64,000 nt of DNA from NCBI GenBank assembly GCA_003217875.1, contig QHMR01000017.1, forward strand, positions 2,711-66,710, read 5' to 3'. Below are positions 37,101 through 47,088 of this stretch, piece by piece. The position numbers were made by a program, and so were the translations under genes. Every line of letters begins with the position of its first letter. Within the stretch, counting starts at the first letter, position 1. The notes under the pieces were generated by a model, which had not been told where the DNA came from, searched no databases, and was given only the letters and a program-made list of their open reading frames with translations. Source of the DNA: Verrucomicrobiota bacterium (lineage in GTDB: Bacteria; Verrucomicrobiota; Verrucomicrobiia; Chthoniobacterales; UBA10450).

Positions 37101-37351
37101 AAGATGTGCCTTTCCTAGAGCACTGGGCCGACCTCTGGTATCGCCAGATGAGCAGCGTCTTTCTAGAAAGCTATTTAAAGACGACCACCGGCGCGATTTT
37201 CATCCCGAAAAACAGCGACGATCTTCAAATCATGCTCGAAGCCTACTTGCTCGACAAAGCCGTATATGAGATTGGGTACGAGCTAAACCATCGTCCCAGC
37301 TGGGTTGTCATCCCCATCCGTGGCATTAAACACATTTTGCAATCCGCGTGA
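34147..37351 (+). pseudogene. treS: Trehalose synthase / maltokinase fusion (TreS-Pep2) interrupted by an internal deletion and frameshift in the kinase part
   Basis: The TreS part reads [63 protein letters not shown]...NHDELTLE. The Pep2 N-part runs to LIGGIYPEKVKL, then goes out of frame (stop 36808-36810). A second frame from about 36752 reads RRTFTLLEKKLPDL...IRIHGDYHLGQLL...DFEGEP...LRDVAGMMRSFQYAAY...LDKAVYEIGYELNHRP. About 45 aa expected between the two pieces are missing. Confidence 0.8.
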
Positions 37352-37360
37352 ATTTTCAGC

Positions 37361-37432
37361 CACAGATGAACACGGATGAAACACAGATAAGATTCTGCTT
37401 CTTTAATCCGTGAAAATCTGTGTCAATCTGTG
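37361..37432. repeat. Phased array: 3 direct plus 3 inverted copies of CAC(A/G)GAT at about 10-bp spacing
   Basis: Direct copies lie at 37361, 37371 and 37382 (CACAGAT, CACGGAT, CACAGAT). Inverted copies lie at 37406, 37416 and 37426 (ATCCGTG, ATCTGTG, ATCTGTG). The array sits between the treS-pep2 stop and the CADD-like start. Confidence 0.8.
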
Positions 37433-37454
37433 GCCCTGAAGTTATCTGGAGAAA

Positions 37455-38129
37455 ATGATGAACAAACATCTCGACAAAATCGACAATAACATCGAAGCGA
37501 AACATCTCTTAAAACATCCGTTTTATCTCGCGTGGACACGCGGCGAGTTGAGTAACGAAGCGCTCGCGGATTATGCGCGGCAGTACTATCATCATGTCAG
37601 GGCTTTCCCGACGTATCTTTCAGCTGTGCACGCGAAGTGCGAGAACGAAGCCACCCGCAAGCAACTGCTGAACAACTTGATCGATGAGGAAGCCGGATCG
37701 CCAGATCATCCCGAGCTGTGGCTTCACTTCGCCGACGGCCTCGGCGTCGCTCAGGACAATGCGAAAAACGCAGAAAAATGGCCAGAGACAAAGAAATTGA
37801 TCGAGACGTTCCGATCAGTTTGTGGCGACGGGTCGACAGCCGAAGGTCTCGCAGCTCTCTACGCGTACGAAAGTCAGATTCCGGCGATCTGTGAATCGAA
37901 AATCCACGGCCTAAAGAAACACTACGGCTTTAACAAGCCCGAACACTACCAGTATTTCAGCGTTCATATTGAAGCGGATCGCGAACATTCGGCTGCCGAG
38001 CGAAGGATGCTTGACGCCTATCTCAACGAGCAAAATTTCGAATCGGTAAAAAGATCAGTGAACCGCGTTCTGGACGCGCTCTGGGAAATGCTCTCCGGCG
38101 TTTGCCGTCGTCACGCGATCGCGTGCTGA
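37455..38129 (+). CDS. CADD / PqqC-like heme-oxygenase-like di-iron enzyme
   Basis: HPFYLAWTRGELSNEALADYARQYYHHVRAFPTYLS...LIDEEAGSPDHPELWLHFADGLG...YAYESQIP...HIEADREH. Confidence 0.75.
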   Translation: MMNKHLDKIDNNIEAKHLLKHPFYLAWTRGELSNEALADYARQYYHHVRAFPTYLSAVHAKCENEATRKQLLNNLIDEEAGSPDHPELWLHFADGLGVAQDNAKNAEKWPETKKLIETFRSVCGDGSTAEGLAALYAYESQIPAICESKIHGLKKHYGFNKPEHYQYFSVHIEADREHSAAERRMLDAYLNEQNFESVKRSVNRVLDALWEMLSGVCRRHAIAC

Positions 38130-38169
38130 GGCTAAGGCTCCGAGCGCTGACACAATCGCCGCTATAACT

Positions 38170-39705
38170 TCAGCGCGGTCGCAGAACAAGAAACGAGCGC
38201 ATCCGGTGGCGGCAAACTGATAAGACTTGGGGCTGGCTCGGATCAAGTGAGGCCGCGAGCTTGTTGTAGTCAGAAACTGATGTGACCGGCTGTTGATTGA
38301 TTTCTTCAATCACATCCCCTTTTTTCAATTCAGCCGCGCCGCTGTCAGGATCGACCCCGGTAACTAATACACCCTGCACATTGTTCGGAAGATCAAGCTG
38401 ACGCGCCATCTCAGGAGTCAACTCGTCGACGTGAATCGACGCCAGCGGGCCGCTGCTTGCTTCTTGGTCGTTCGGTTGCTCCGGCGATTCGGGCTGAGAC
38501 TGGCCTTGCCCTGGCGTAGTCCGGGCGGTTCCGTAATTGGCTGGCTGCTCTTTGACCTGAGCGGTCACATTCAGCGGTTTGCCATCGCGTATGATTTCAA
38601 GTTCAACATTCTTATTCAACTCTGTCTGCGCTACCATGCTCCTCAGCGCATTTATATTCTTCATTTCGCGACCATTGAATTTGCGGATCACGTCGCCGCG
38701 TTGCAATTTCGCTTGAGCTGCGGGCGATCCCGGCACTATTTGGTCAACGATTACACCTTCGTCCTCGGCGCTGGTTTGCCCCGGCTGCAACGCTCGCGTC
38801 TGGATCCCAAGGTAACCGCGAACGATTCGTCCCTGCTTCAACAAACTCTCGAGGGCGGTACGAATCGTGTTCGACGGAATAGCAAAGCCAATGCCCGCGG
38901 AAGCTTGGCTAGGTGAAATGATAGCCGTATTGATCCCGATGACTTCACCGCGAAGATTGATCAATGGGCCTCCGCTGTTACCGGGATTGATTGCTGCGTT
39001 TGTTTGCAGGAGATCTCCGAAAGCGTCGGTGCGATTTGGCCGCATTTTCGAACTAATAATGCCGTCCGTTACCGTCTCGTCGAATCCGAACGGATTGCCA
39101 ATGGCCAAAACAAAGTCTCCGGCCTGCACCGTGTCTGAATCGGCCAGTTTAAGTGGTTTGACGCCGGGATCGTCGATCTTGAGCACAGCGAGATCCACCT
39201 GTTCATCCGCACCCACTAACCGCGCTTTTTTTGTTCGTCCGTCGCTTAGTTGCACTTCGATTTGATCAACCTGATTGCCTTGCCTGTCGGTAACCACGTG
39301 ATTGTTGGTGATGATATGACCCTCGTTGGTCACGATCACCCCAGAGCCGAGCGAATTCTGCACCAACGCTTCATCATTCGGGTTCCGGGATCTTCGTTGA
39401 TTCGGGAAGAAAAACTCAAAGGGATCGAGTCCGTATTCTCGCCGAATCGCGATCTTCTTCGACGTTTTGACTGCCACAACAGACGGGACCACGCTTTTGA
39501 CCAGCGTCCGCCGTTCCCGATTCAATGCCTCCAGCGATGCGACTTGTTTTGAGTCCACGCTCGGCTCCAATGCTAGCGTGTACTTTTCCGGTGTGCGCCC
39601 GGAGGGTAGCTTTAAGCCTCCGTGCTTAAGACGGTAGTCGTACAGCAGAGAAATTCCTGCGCTGACCACCAGGACAAAGAGCAAAAATTTGGCGAGATTT
39701 TTCAT
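38170..39705 (-). CDS. HtrA/DegP family serine protease with two PDZ domains
   Basis: It has an N-terminal TM/signal segment, the catalytic motifs TNNHV and GNSGGPL, and two PDZ-like segments. Its ATG shares one base with the recG stop (TAATG). Confidence 0.9.
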   Translation of the reverse strand: MKNLAKFLLFVLVVSAGISLLYDYRLKHGGLKLPSGRTPEKYTLALEPSVDSKQVASLEALNRERRTLVKSVVPSVVAVKTSKKIAIRREYGLDPFEFFFPNQRRSRNPNDEALVQNSLGSGVIVTNEGHIITNNHVVTDRQGNQVDQIEVQLSDGRTKKARLVGADEQVDLAVLKIDDPGVKPLKLADSDTVQAGDFVLAIGNPFGFDETVTDGIISSKMRPNRTDAFGDLLQTNAAINPGNSGGPLINLRGEVIGINTAIISPSQASAGIGFAIPSNTIRTALESLLKQGRIVRGYLGIQTRALQPGQTSAEDEGVIVDQIVPGSPAAQAKLQRGDVIRKFNGREMKNINALRSMVAQTELNKNVELEIIRDGKPLNVTAQVKEQPANYGTARTTPGQGQSQPESPEQPNDQEASSGPLASIHVDELTPEMARQLDLPNNVQGVLVTGVDPDSGAAELKKGDVIEEINQQPVTSVSDYNKLAASLDPSQPQVLSVCRHRMRSFLVLRPR

Positions 39706-41840
39706 TAGCTAACATTAGAAAAAGTTCGTCCCTGTTGTTCGACAATCAGGCTGCGGAAACGTTGATTTTCGGGCCATTCCAGACGTGGATCTGCCTCGAA
39801 GATCGATATCGCAGCCGCGCGCGCGTGTCGCATTAGATCGGCATCAGTCTTCAGATTGCCGATCTTAAGCGCAGGCAGACCGCTTTGCGCCGTGCCCAGC
39901 AAATCGCCCGGACCCCGCAACTCCCAGTCAGCCTCAGCCACTTCGAAGCCGTTACCTGTTCTTTCCAAAACGGCGAGTTTTGCCGAGCCTTCCTTGGCCT
40001 GAGTCGAGGTGAGCAAAATGCAATACGATTTATGCTCTCCTCGGCCGATCCGCCCCCGAAGCTGATGCAATTGCGCCAGACCAAAACGCTCCGCGTTTTC
40101 AATCAGCATCACGCTGGCGTTGGGAACATCGACGCCGACCTCGAGCACAGTCGTGCTGATTAACACGTTCGTCTCGCCGCGCCGAAAGCCTTCCATAATC
40201 TGATGTTTTTCGACCGGCGCTATGCGGCCGTGAAGCAATTCGCAGCGAAACGGACGCAAACGTTCCCGCCACAACTGGTACTCCGCTGTTGCCGCTTTGA
40301 CGTCCAATTTCTCGCTTTCGTCGATTAATGGATAAATCACGTAGAGTTGGCGACCTCTTTCCAGTTCAGTTCGCAAGAAGGTAAGAACTTCAGGGAGCTT
40401 GGAGTCATCACGCACGGCGGTGACGATCTTTCCCCGATTCCGCGGCATTTCATCGATTGTTGAAACGTCGAGGTCGCCGTAAATGGTCATAGTTAGCGTG
40501 CGCGGGATCGGTGTGGCGGTCATCACCAGCATGTCGGGAGCCGGTTCGCGCATCGCTAGTCTGGCGCGTTGGGCGACGCCAAACTTGTGCTGCTCATCGA
40601 TGACAACGAGCCCGAGGTTCGAAAATGAAACGGATTCGTAGAGCAGCGCATGCGTTCCGACGATGATTTGTAGTTGGTGCACTCTGAATGGCACCTGCGC
40701 GGGACCAAACAATGAAAGAGGGCCACTCTCTTCCTGTCGCGCGCCGGTTCGCAGTGCAACGCGCACGCCCAGTGGATCGAGCCAGCGCCGCAGCACATCG
40801 TAGTGTTGTTCGGCCAGAATTTGCGTCGGCGCCATGAAGGCGGACTGATATCCGGCTTCAACCGCCAGAAGCATAGCTGCTATCGCGACTAAGGTTTTGC
40901 CTGAACCAACGTCGCCCTGTAGCAAACGATTCATTGGATGGCCAGCCGCCAGGTCGCGCCGGATTTCCGCAATCACTTTCTCCTGTGCACCGGTGAGTTC
41001 GAACGGAAGCGACTTCACAAATTTGTCGAATAATTCGCCTGACCCGCAGTGCGACTGGCCAATTCGAATCGACGAATCTGTGCGTCGCGAGGCGATGAGC
41101 ATTTGCGTCGCAAAAAATTCAGAGAGGACCAAATGTTCGCGCGCGGAATCGCGTTGCTGCCAATCATCGGGGAAATGAATCGCGCGAATCGCCGCCGCGC
41201 GCGTCATGTCACCGTTCATCAGTGCGTCCGGCAATAATGTTTCCAATCCCGCAGGCGCGGGATCATTCAAGAGCCGATAAATCATGCTACGCAACACGCG
41301 CTGCGATAGACCTTCCGTGGCGGGATAGATTGGAGTGATCCTGCGAAAATGAATTGATATTTCCTCATCGTTCTCGATGACCTCGAACTCCGGATGATCC
41401 ATGCAAATCCGTTTTCCGCGCAACCGCGGCTTTCCAAAAACCACCAGGCGTTGCCCGGTCACAATCATCTTCTGCACGTAATGCAGGTTGAACCATCGGC
41501 AGACCAGAGGCTCACTGAGAGCGTTTGCCTCCGACTCTTGAAGCGTCGCTTCAAAAATTTTCTTCCATCCGCCAAAACGACGCAGCGAAGTTTTGATTAC
41601 CTCGCCGCACAGACAAATCGGACTGTCGCTTTCCTCGCGCGGAAAATGCGGGAACTCGGTGCGATCTTCGTGCCGGCGCGGAAAATGAGTGAGCAAATCT
41701 TCTATCGTCTGAATCCCGAGACGCCGCAGTGCGAGGAGTTTCGGGCGTGGGATCCAACTCAGCTCCTCGAGCGGTTGCGAGATTTCGACGCTTCTAGCGG
41801 CTACTTGAGGTGATCGGTTAGCTGAGTTTATACCGTTCAC
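39705..41840 (-). CDS. recG: ATP-dependent DNA helicase RecG
   Basis: A wedge domain, then LLQGDVGSGKT (Walker A), DEQHKFG, and motifs VMTATPIPRT and QLHQLRGRIGRG. Confidence 0.95.
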   Translation of the reverse strand: MNGINSANRSPQVAARSVEISQPLEELSWIPRPKLLALRRLGIQTIEDLLTHFPRRHEDRTEFPHFPREESDSPICLCGEVIKTSLRRFGGWKKIFEATLQESEANALSEPLVCRWFNLHYVQKMIVTGQRLVVFGKPRLRGKRICMDHPEFEVIENDEEISIHFRRITPIYPATEGLSQRVLRSMIYRLLNDPAPAGLETLLPDALMNGDMTRAAAIRAIHFPDDWQQRDSAREHLVLSEFFATQMLIASRRTDSSIRIGQSHCGSGELFDKFVKSLPFELTGAQEKVIAEIRRDLAAGHPMNRLLQGDVGSGKTLVAIAAMLLAVEAGYQSAFMAPTQILAEQHYDVLRRWLDPLGVRVALRTGARQEESGPLSLFGPAQVPFRVHQLQIIVGTHALLYESVSFSNLGLVVIDEQHKFGVAQRARLAMREPAPDMLVMTATPIPRTLTMTIYGDLDVSTIDEMPRNRGKIVTAVRDDSKLPEVLTFLRTELERGRQLYVIYPLIDESEKLDVKAATAEYQLWRERLRPFRCELLHGRIAPVEKHQIMEGFRRGETNVLISTTVLEVGVDVPNASVMLIENAERFGLAQLHQLRGRIGRGEHKSYCILLTSTQAKEGSAKLAVLERTGNGFEVAEADWELRGPGDLLGTAQSGLPALKIGNLKTDADLMRHARAAAISIFEADPRLEWPENQRFRSLIVEQQGRTFSNVS

Positions 41841-41850
41841 TGTTTACCGA

Positions 41851-43617
41851 TCATTGATCACAATCGCAGCGTTCCGCTGCGCGCACCGCTTCGATCTGCA
41901 TGGAAACCAACGTTTCACCGCCATATTCATCCGCGCGAATTCGGAATGCGATATCCCACGGCGCGCGCGGCAATTGATTTGCCACCCCTTCAAAATAGAC
42001 AGCGCGGCGATGGCGATCACCCTGACGCAAACGAAAGACGAGGTGCTTGTCGTTCACGATGCGCGGCGGCGCCACGGGCTCGATTTCGCGAGCAAAAAAA
42101 AGCGGCTGTGGATTTCCATTTCCAAACGGCTGCAACATTTCATGCCAACGCAGAAACTCGACATTGATGTCCGTAAATGCCAACTCCTCGTCCAGACGCA
42201 GAGAAGGTTGCAACGCTTCTTCCGAAAGAAGCTCGCGTGCGATGGTGCGAAATGCTTCGGCAAAGCGATGAAAATTTTCCTCGCGCACTGCGAGTCCGGC
42301 TGCCATTTCGTGTCCGCCGTATTTGTCGAGGCTGTTAGCGCAATGAGTCAGCGCCGCGACCATGTTCAGTCCTTCGATGCTTCGTCCGCTTCCCTTGCCG
42401 ATTCCGTTCTCGTCGAAACCGATCACAATTGCTGGTCGATGATATTTTCGGACAATTCGCGACGCCACGATGCCAAGCACCCCTGGATGCCACGCGCGGC
42501 CGGCGGCAATGATGGCCGCATCACGAGCAGCGTCGAAATGAGCCTCGATCTGCTCTATCGCTGCATCAAAGATTTGGTGTTCCACGTCCTGCCGTTCCCG
42601 ATTGTTTTGATCGAGTTCTGCCGCGAGCGCCGTTGCTTCGCTTTCGTCATGTGTAAGCAGGAGCCGCAAGGATTTTTCCGCCGTGCTCAAACGCCCTGCA
42701 GCGTTCAACCGAGGGCCGAGCCGGTAACCGATGTCGTCTGGCAAGATCGGCGGATGGACTCCGGCAATTTGCATTAATCTCCTGAGGCCGATGCGCGACG
42801 TGCGGGCGATTTCTAGGGAACCGCGCTGCACGAGAACACGGTTCTCGCCAGCTAGCGGCACGATGTCTGCCACCGTGCCGAGCGCCACGAGATCGAGCTT
42901 CGATTTCAAATCGAAGCCGGGCAGTGGCCGCGTCTTCAACAGTGCGTGACAAACTTTGAAGACGATCCCGACACTGCAAAGATATTCCGTACCGCACGGC
43001 GCTGTTTTTGGATTCACAATTGCAACGCAATCTGGCACCTCCGACTTCGGCTCGTGATGATCCAGGATGATCACATCCACTCCGCGCTTGTTAAGATCCG
43101 CAACCTCAGCCACTGACGACGTGCCGCAATCGACCGCAATCAGTAGTTGCGGCCGATGTTTTTCGAGACACCGTTCGATGCTTTCACGGCTCAAGCCATA
43201 GCCCTCCTCCATGCGCAATGGCAAAAACAGCTCCGGCGCGCCGCCATAAGCGCGCAATATTTCATCCAGCAGCGCCAATGAAGTCACGCCATCCACATCG
43301 TAGTCGCCAAAGAGTACGATGCGTTCGCGTCGATCGAGGGCAGCGAGAATTCGCGAAACCGCAGCGCGTATTTGCGGCAGCAAAAACGGATCGCTCAGCG
43401 AGCTAAGGCGTGGGCGCAGGAAGTTCTCAACTTCCTCTGAGCAGCGAAACCCTTTTCGTGAAAGTAGCCGCGCGATGCATTCGGAGTCGCAAATTTCACT
43501 CCATGCGATAGCGCCGCCATTCACCTCCTCGCGCGACGCCAAAATCCAACGGCTTTGCCGCGCAAAGCTGCGACGCGGCTCTGCATCCACCAACTTGTCT
43601 TCAACGCGGCTTTGCAC
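41851..43617 (-). CDS. recJ: Single-stranded-DNA-specific exonuclease RecJ
   Basis: DHH motifs (LFGDYDVDGVTS, VDCG, ILDHH) and DHHA1 (GGHEMAAG). Confidence 0.95.
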   Translation of the reverse strand: MQSRVEDKLVDAEPRRSFARQSRWILASREEVNGGAIAWSEICDSECIARLLSRKGFRCSEEVENFLRPRLSSLSDPFLLPQIRAAVSRILAALDRRERIVLFGDYDVDGVTSLALLDEILRAYGGAPELFLPLRMEEGYGLSRESIERCLEKHRPQLLIAVDCGTSSVAEVADLNKRGVDVIILDHHEPKSEVPDCVAIVNPKTAPCGTEYLCSVGIVFKVCHALLKTRPLPGFDLKSKLDLVALGTVADIVPLAGENRVLVQRGSLEIARTSRIGLRRLMQIAGVHPPILPDDIGYRLGPRLNAAGRLSTAEKSLRLLLTHDESEATALAAELDQNNRERQDVEHQIFDAAIEQIEAHFDAARDAAIIAAGRAWHPGVLGIVASRIVRKYHRPAIVIGFDENGIGKGSGRSIEGLNMVAALTHCANSLDKYGGHEMAAGLAVREENFHRFAEAFRTIARELLSEEALQPSLRLDEELAFTDINVEFLRWHEMLQPFGNGNPQPLFFAREIEPVAPPRIVNDKHLVFRLRQGDRHRRAVYFEGVANQLPRAPWDIAFRIRADEYGGETLVSMQIEAVRAAERCDCDQ

Positions 43618-43723
43618 CGATCAGTTTATTCGCCTGCATCTTCCTGACAAGATGTCAGCCAGCACTCGAGACGAGCTCGCGATCACGCTCGACAAAGCGC
43701 GATTTTCACTGCAAAAAAGCACC

Positions 43724-44221
43724 ATGATCAAAGCGTTATCAATCGTCTTTATCAGCGTCGCAGCGACAGTTGTCGGCGGCTGCGCTAACAATCCTTTCGG
43801 CGTTACAACGTCAGAATCTCCCGCCGCGCAGCGAGATTACGAGCTGTTGTCGGGAACCTGGCAATTGACTCGCGGAGTGGTGAACGGAAAGGCCGTACCG
43901 GCAAGTGTGGCGCGAAACACGATTCTCATCACTGATCGCAATACGTTCCGATTCCCGAAGGCCAGCAGCGTTGGGACGCATTCCGCTGGACACTTCACGA
44001 TCAATCCGAATACCACACCCAAACAAGTGGACTCAATTGCAGACGGCGGACCTAATGCCGGTCAAGTAAGCCGCGGGATTTATGAGATTCCCGACCCGAC
44101 TCACCAGCGCGCTTGCTTTGGCCCGCCGGGTGGTCCGCGTCCGACAGAGTTCAAGTCGTCTCCGGGAAGCGGACGGACTCTGCAGTACTGGAAGAAAATT
44201 GGGCCGGTGCCATCACATTAA
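43724..44221 (+). CDS. TIGR03067-like lipoprotein
   Basis: In-frame ATG at 43724. The signal plus VVGGC lipobox is followed by LLSGTWQLTRGVVNGKAVP...GIYEI...RPTEF, matching the TIGR03067 pattern as I remember it. Confidence 0.6.
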   Translation: MIKALSIVFISVAATVVGGCANNPFGVTTSESPAAQRDYELLSGTWQLTRGVVNGKAVPASVARNTILITDRNTFRFPKASSVGTHSAGHFTINPNTTPKQVDSIADGGPNAGQVSRGIYEIPDPTHQRACFGPPGGPRPTEFKSSPGSGRTLQYWKKIGPVPSH

Positions 44222-44335
44222 AATTCGGGACATCTGGCCAACCTTCTGGCGTGCGCACTGCCTGCCCGCGCGTGTGCGGGCGTCGTCGCGTCGCGTTTCT
44301 AAACACGCACAGTTGCTTGTGACGCCACAGCGAAA

Positions 44336-44842
44336 ATGAGACTCATCCGCTGGATTGCACTCCCTTGCTTTTTTCTTGTGCTCATTTATGGCGTGTCGCC
44401 GTACTTTTCATTCTGGCGATTGACGAAAGCCTTGCGATCCGGTGACAGCGCCGCGGTCAGTTCGCACGTCGATTTTTCCGCTGTTCGAGTATCATTGAAG
44501 AAGCAACTCGTTATGCGATTTGCTAGTGCCACGGCTTCTCATAAGCGATGGGCGAACTTGGGGCCGACGCTGATCGACGCGATCGTCGACGCCTACGCCA
44601 CACCCGACGGAATCGCTGCGCTTCTTTCCAATCCGGGAGCGTTGAAAAACCTTCAAACTCCGCGCCATTTCCGGTTCTCCAGTGGTAAGCCCGAAGACTG
44701 GTCAAAAGTAAAATATGCGTTCTTCACAGGGCCACGCAGCTTTGTCGTCGAACGAGAGGGAATAAAGCTGAAGTTTCGTTTTACAGGCGTAGGCTGGCTA
44801 ATCAATGATCTCGATCTCGGTTTGGCCGAGGCCAAGCATTAA
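44336..44842 (+). CDS. DUF2939-like membrane-anchored protein
   Basis: An N-terminal TM segment, then SPYFSFWRLTKALRSGDSAAVSSHVDFSAVRVSLKKQL. Confidence 0.55.
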   Translation: MRLIRWIALPCFFLVLIYGVSPYFSFWRLTKALRSGDSAAVSSHVDFSAVRVSLKKQLVMRFASATASHKRWANLGPTLIDAIVDAYATPDGIAALLSNPGALKNLQTPRHFRFSSGKPEDWSKVKYAFFTGPRSFVVEREGIKLKFRFTGVGWLINDLDLGLAEAKH

Positions 44843-44887
44843 CTCGTGCAGCGAAACTCATTCAGCCAAATCGCATTCTGTATCCCG

Positions 44888-45700
44888 CTATACGAGGCTG
44901 AACACGAAATCTCGTTTTGAAAAAAAGCCATGCTTTGCGCAGAGTTTCGCGAACGTTCGCAGCCCTTCCTTTTCTTTTTCTCCAAAACTGAATAGGAGAT
45001 TTTCGCGGTAATAGCGAAACAAGAATTGTTGATCGAGTTTTGGGTGATCGGGACCAGGAACACCGGCTATGAGTTTTGCAATCAGGCCCTCAAGGTCGGT
45101 GAGATTTTCATCGCGCAAGGCGCGCAAGCGGTTCGCGATCTGTTTTGCATCCACGACTTCAGGTCGAATCAACCAGAGTGCGTAAACGAATGGAAGGCCG
45201 GTGAGTCTCTTCCATTGCTCACCGAGATCCCAAAATTGCACTTCACCTGCGTGATTTTGGCGAAAGCGAATCGCTTGATCACCGATCAGTAGCTGTGCGC
45301 GAGAACCGGAAGCTAATTTGCCAACTGCAGGAGAGACGCGCGCGCCATTCTGAACCAGGCGGGGGTTCAGTCGTAACTCTGCAAGCAAGCAGCGCAGGAG
45401 ATTGACGGCGGTTTGCGATGCAGGATCGAGTTCAATTTCTTCGACATCGGAAATTCGGCCGCGATGTGCGACGACGACGCTGTAAACCGATCCATCGGAT
45501 GAAATCGAAACGTCGTCCACGATCTGGTAGATTGGATTCCGCAGAAATTCGAAACTAGAAACCAGCGCGATGTCGAGTTCGCCTTTAGCAAGTCGCTGGC
45601 ATAACGCAGCGGGATGATCCAACTCGACGTCATCAGGCCAGCCGCGAATGAGCGGATGGGCGTTGAGATATTTTACGCAGCCGATTCGCACGGAGGTCAC
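44888..45700 (-). CDS. mqnA: Chorismate dehydratase MqnA (futalosine pathway)
   Basis: VRIGCVKYLNAHPLIRGW...ELDIALVSSFEF...PFVYALW. Confidence 0.8.
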   Translation of the reverse strand: MTSVRIGCVKYLNAHPLIRGWPDDVELDHPAALCQRLAKGELDIALVSSFEFLRNPIYQIVDDVSISSDGSVYSVVVAHRGRISDVEEIELDPASQTAVNLLRCLLAELRLNPRLVQNGARVSPAVGKLASGSRAQLLIGDQAIRFRQNHAGEVQFWDLGEQWKRLTGLPFVYALWLIRPEVVDAKQIANRLRALRDENLTDLEGLIAKLIAGVPGPDHPKLDQQFLFRYYRENLLFSFGEKEKEGLRTFAKLCAKHGFFSKRDFVFSLV

Positions 45701-45783
45701 GTCGGTCGATTTGTACGGCGTTTCTGTGAACTCCGAAAGCTTTCGCGAGCTGACACAGACGCCCTACAGCTCGCGCCCACCAT

Positions 45784-46935
45784 TCACGCGCAGGCCAGCT
45801 CAGCAGGCGCAGAGGCGGATCTTTCGGCAGACGAGCGCGAGGATATGTGACGATAGTGACTGTCGCGCTGGACCGGCTCACGACCGGCTTCACGAATCGC
45901 GTGCTCTAGCGCCGCTACAGTCTGTTGCTGCGGCGTGGTGGCGCCGGCCATGTGGAAAATTTTTTCCTCTAGAATTGTGCCGTGCAGATCGTCCACACCA
46001 TAGCTGAGCGAGACCTGTGCGAGAGGCAAGCCCAAGCTGACCCAATAAGCGGTCAAATGATCAATGTTGTCCAAGAAAATTCGGCTTACCGCCAGATTGC
46101 GAAGTTGTTCGAATGCGGAGGCGCGCTTTATGTGGGCGAGGATCCCATGGGATTGGGAGGGTTCGAACGCAAAAGGAACAAAGCCAGTGAAGCCGCTCGT
46201 TTCGTCTTGTAATTCGCGAAGGTGGCGCAAGTGATCCACCCGATGAGCCAGTGTCTCGATATGGCCGTAGAGCATGGTGCAGGTGCTACGACAGCCCATG
46301 GAGTGCCAGGTGCGATGCACATCCAGCCATTCGGTCGCAGTTTCCTTGCCGCGGCAGATTTGATCGCGCACAACCGGATCGAAAATCTCCGCCCCGCCGC
46401 CTGTGATTGAGCCAAGCCCCGCTTCACGAAGAATTTCAAGTGTATCGCGGATCGGCATCCGGAAAATCCGTTGAGCCAGGTGGCGGACTTCGATCGCGGT
46501 AAAAGCCTTGATGTGAAGATCGGGATCAAGTGCGCGTAACTCGCGTAAGAGGTCGAGATACCAATCCTTTTTCAAGCTGGGATGCAGTCCGCCGACCATG
46601 TGCACTTCAGTGACTCCGAGGTTAAGGGCCTCTCTTACAACCCGGATAATTTCTTCAATCGCGTACTCAAAGGCGTGCGCATCGCGTTTCTTGGCGGCAA
46701 AAGCACAGAATTGGCACGATAGCACACAGATATTGGAGTAATTGATGTACCGGTTGTGGATGTACGTGGCGTAGTTGCCGTTCTTGCGCTCGCGCACCAC
46801 GTTCGCGATCATTCCAAGGCCGTTGAGATCATTCGTGCCATAGAGCGTCAGAGCGTCCGCCTCTGAAATGCGCTGCTGCGCCTCAACTTTTTCAGCGATC
46901 GGCCTAAGTTCTTTCGGAATAAGCTGGTAATTCAT
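45784..46935 (-). CDS. Radical SAM futalosine-pathway enzyme (MqnE/MqnC family)
   Basis: Probable start at MNYQLIP (ATG 46935). The CxxxCxxC cluster is NYSNICVLSCQFCAF. It lies next to mqnA. I cannot separate MqnE from MqnC by eye. Confidence 0.8.
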   Translation of the reverse strand: MNYQLIPKELRPIAEKVEAQQRISEADALTLYGTNDLNGLGMIANVVRERKNGNYATYIHNRYINYSNICVLSCQFCAFAAKKRDAHAFEYAIEEIIRVVREALNLGVTEVHMVGGLHPSLKKDWYLDLLRELRALDPDLHIKAFTAIEVRHLAQRIFRMPIRDTLEILREAGLGSITGGGAEIFDPVVRDQICRGKETATEWLDVHRTWHSMGCRSTCTMLYGHIETLAHRVDHLRHLRELQDETSGFTGFVPFAFEPSQSHGILAHIKRASAFEQLRNLAVSRIFLDNIDHLTAYWVSLGLPLAQVSLSYGVDDLHGTILEEKIFHMAGATTPQQQTVAALEHAIREAGREPVQRDSHYRHISSRSSAERSASAPAELACA

Positions 46936-47088
46936 GCGTGGGTTGAGGGTAGCGCTTCGGCAGCCAAGCATGCACAGGCTGCTTGTGGCTTGCAACAAAA
47001 ACCGTGGCTACGAATGTAGTGCAGGGTAAATTTGTCGAGTTGCCATTTTTCTTGCAAACGTTGTCTTGTGCGAACGTCTAAGTGACCG

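Noticed and set aside
37361-37432. CRISPR array, considered for the short repeat clusters at 37361-37432, 60421-60516 and 11946-11973
   Set aside because: Repeat units are only 7-10 nt and are contiguous or phased with no spacers of 25-40 nt. No cas genes are present.
41854-42777. 307-aa ORF antisense to recJ
   Set aside because: It is the shadow of a confidently identified recJ, with no motifs.
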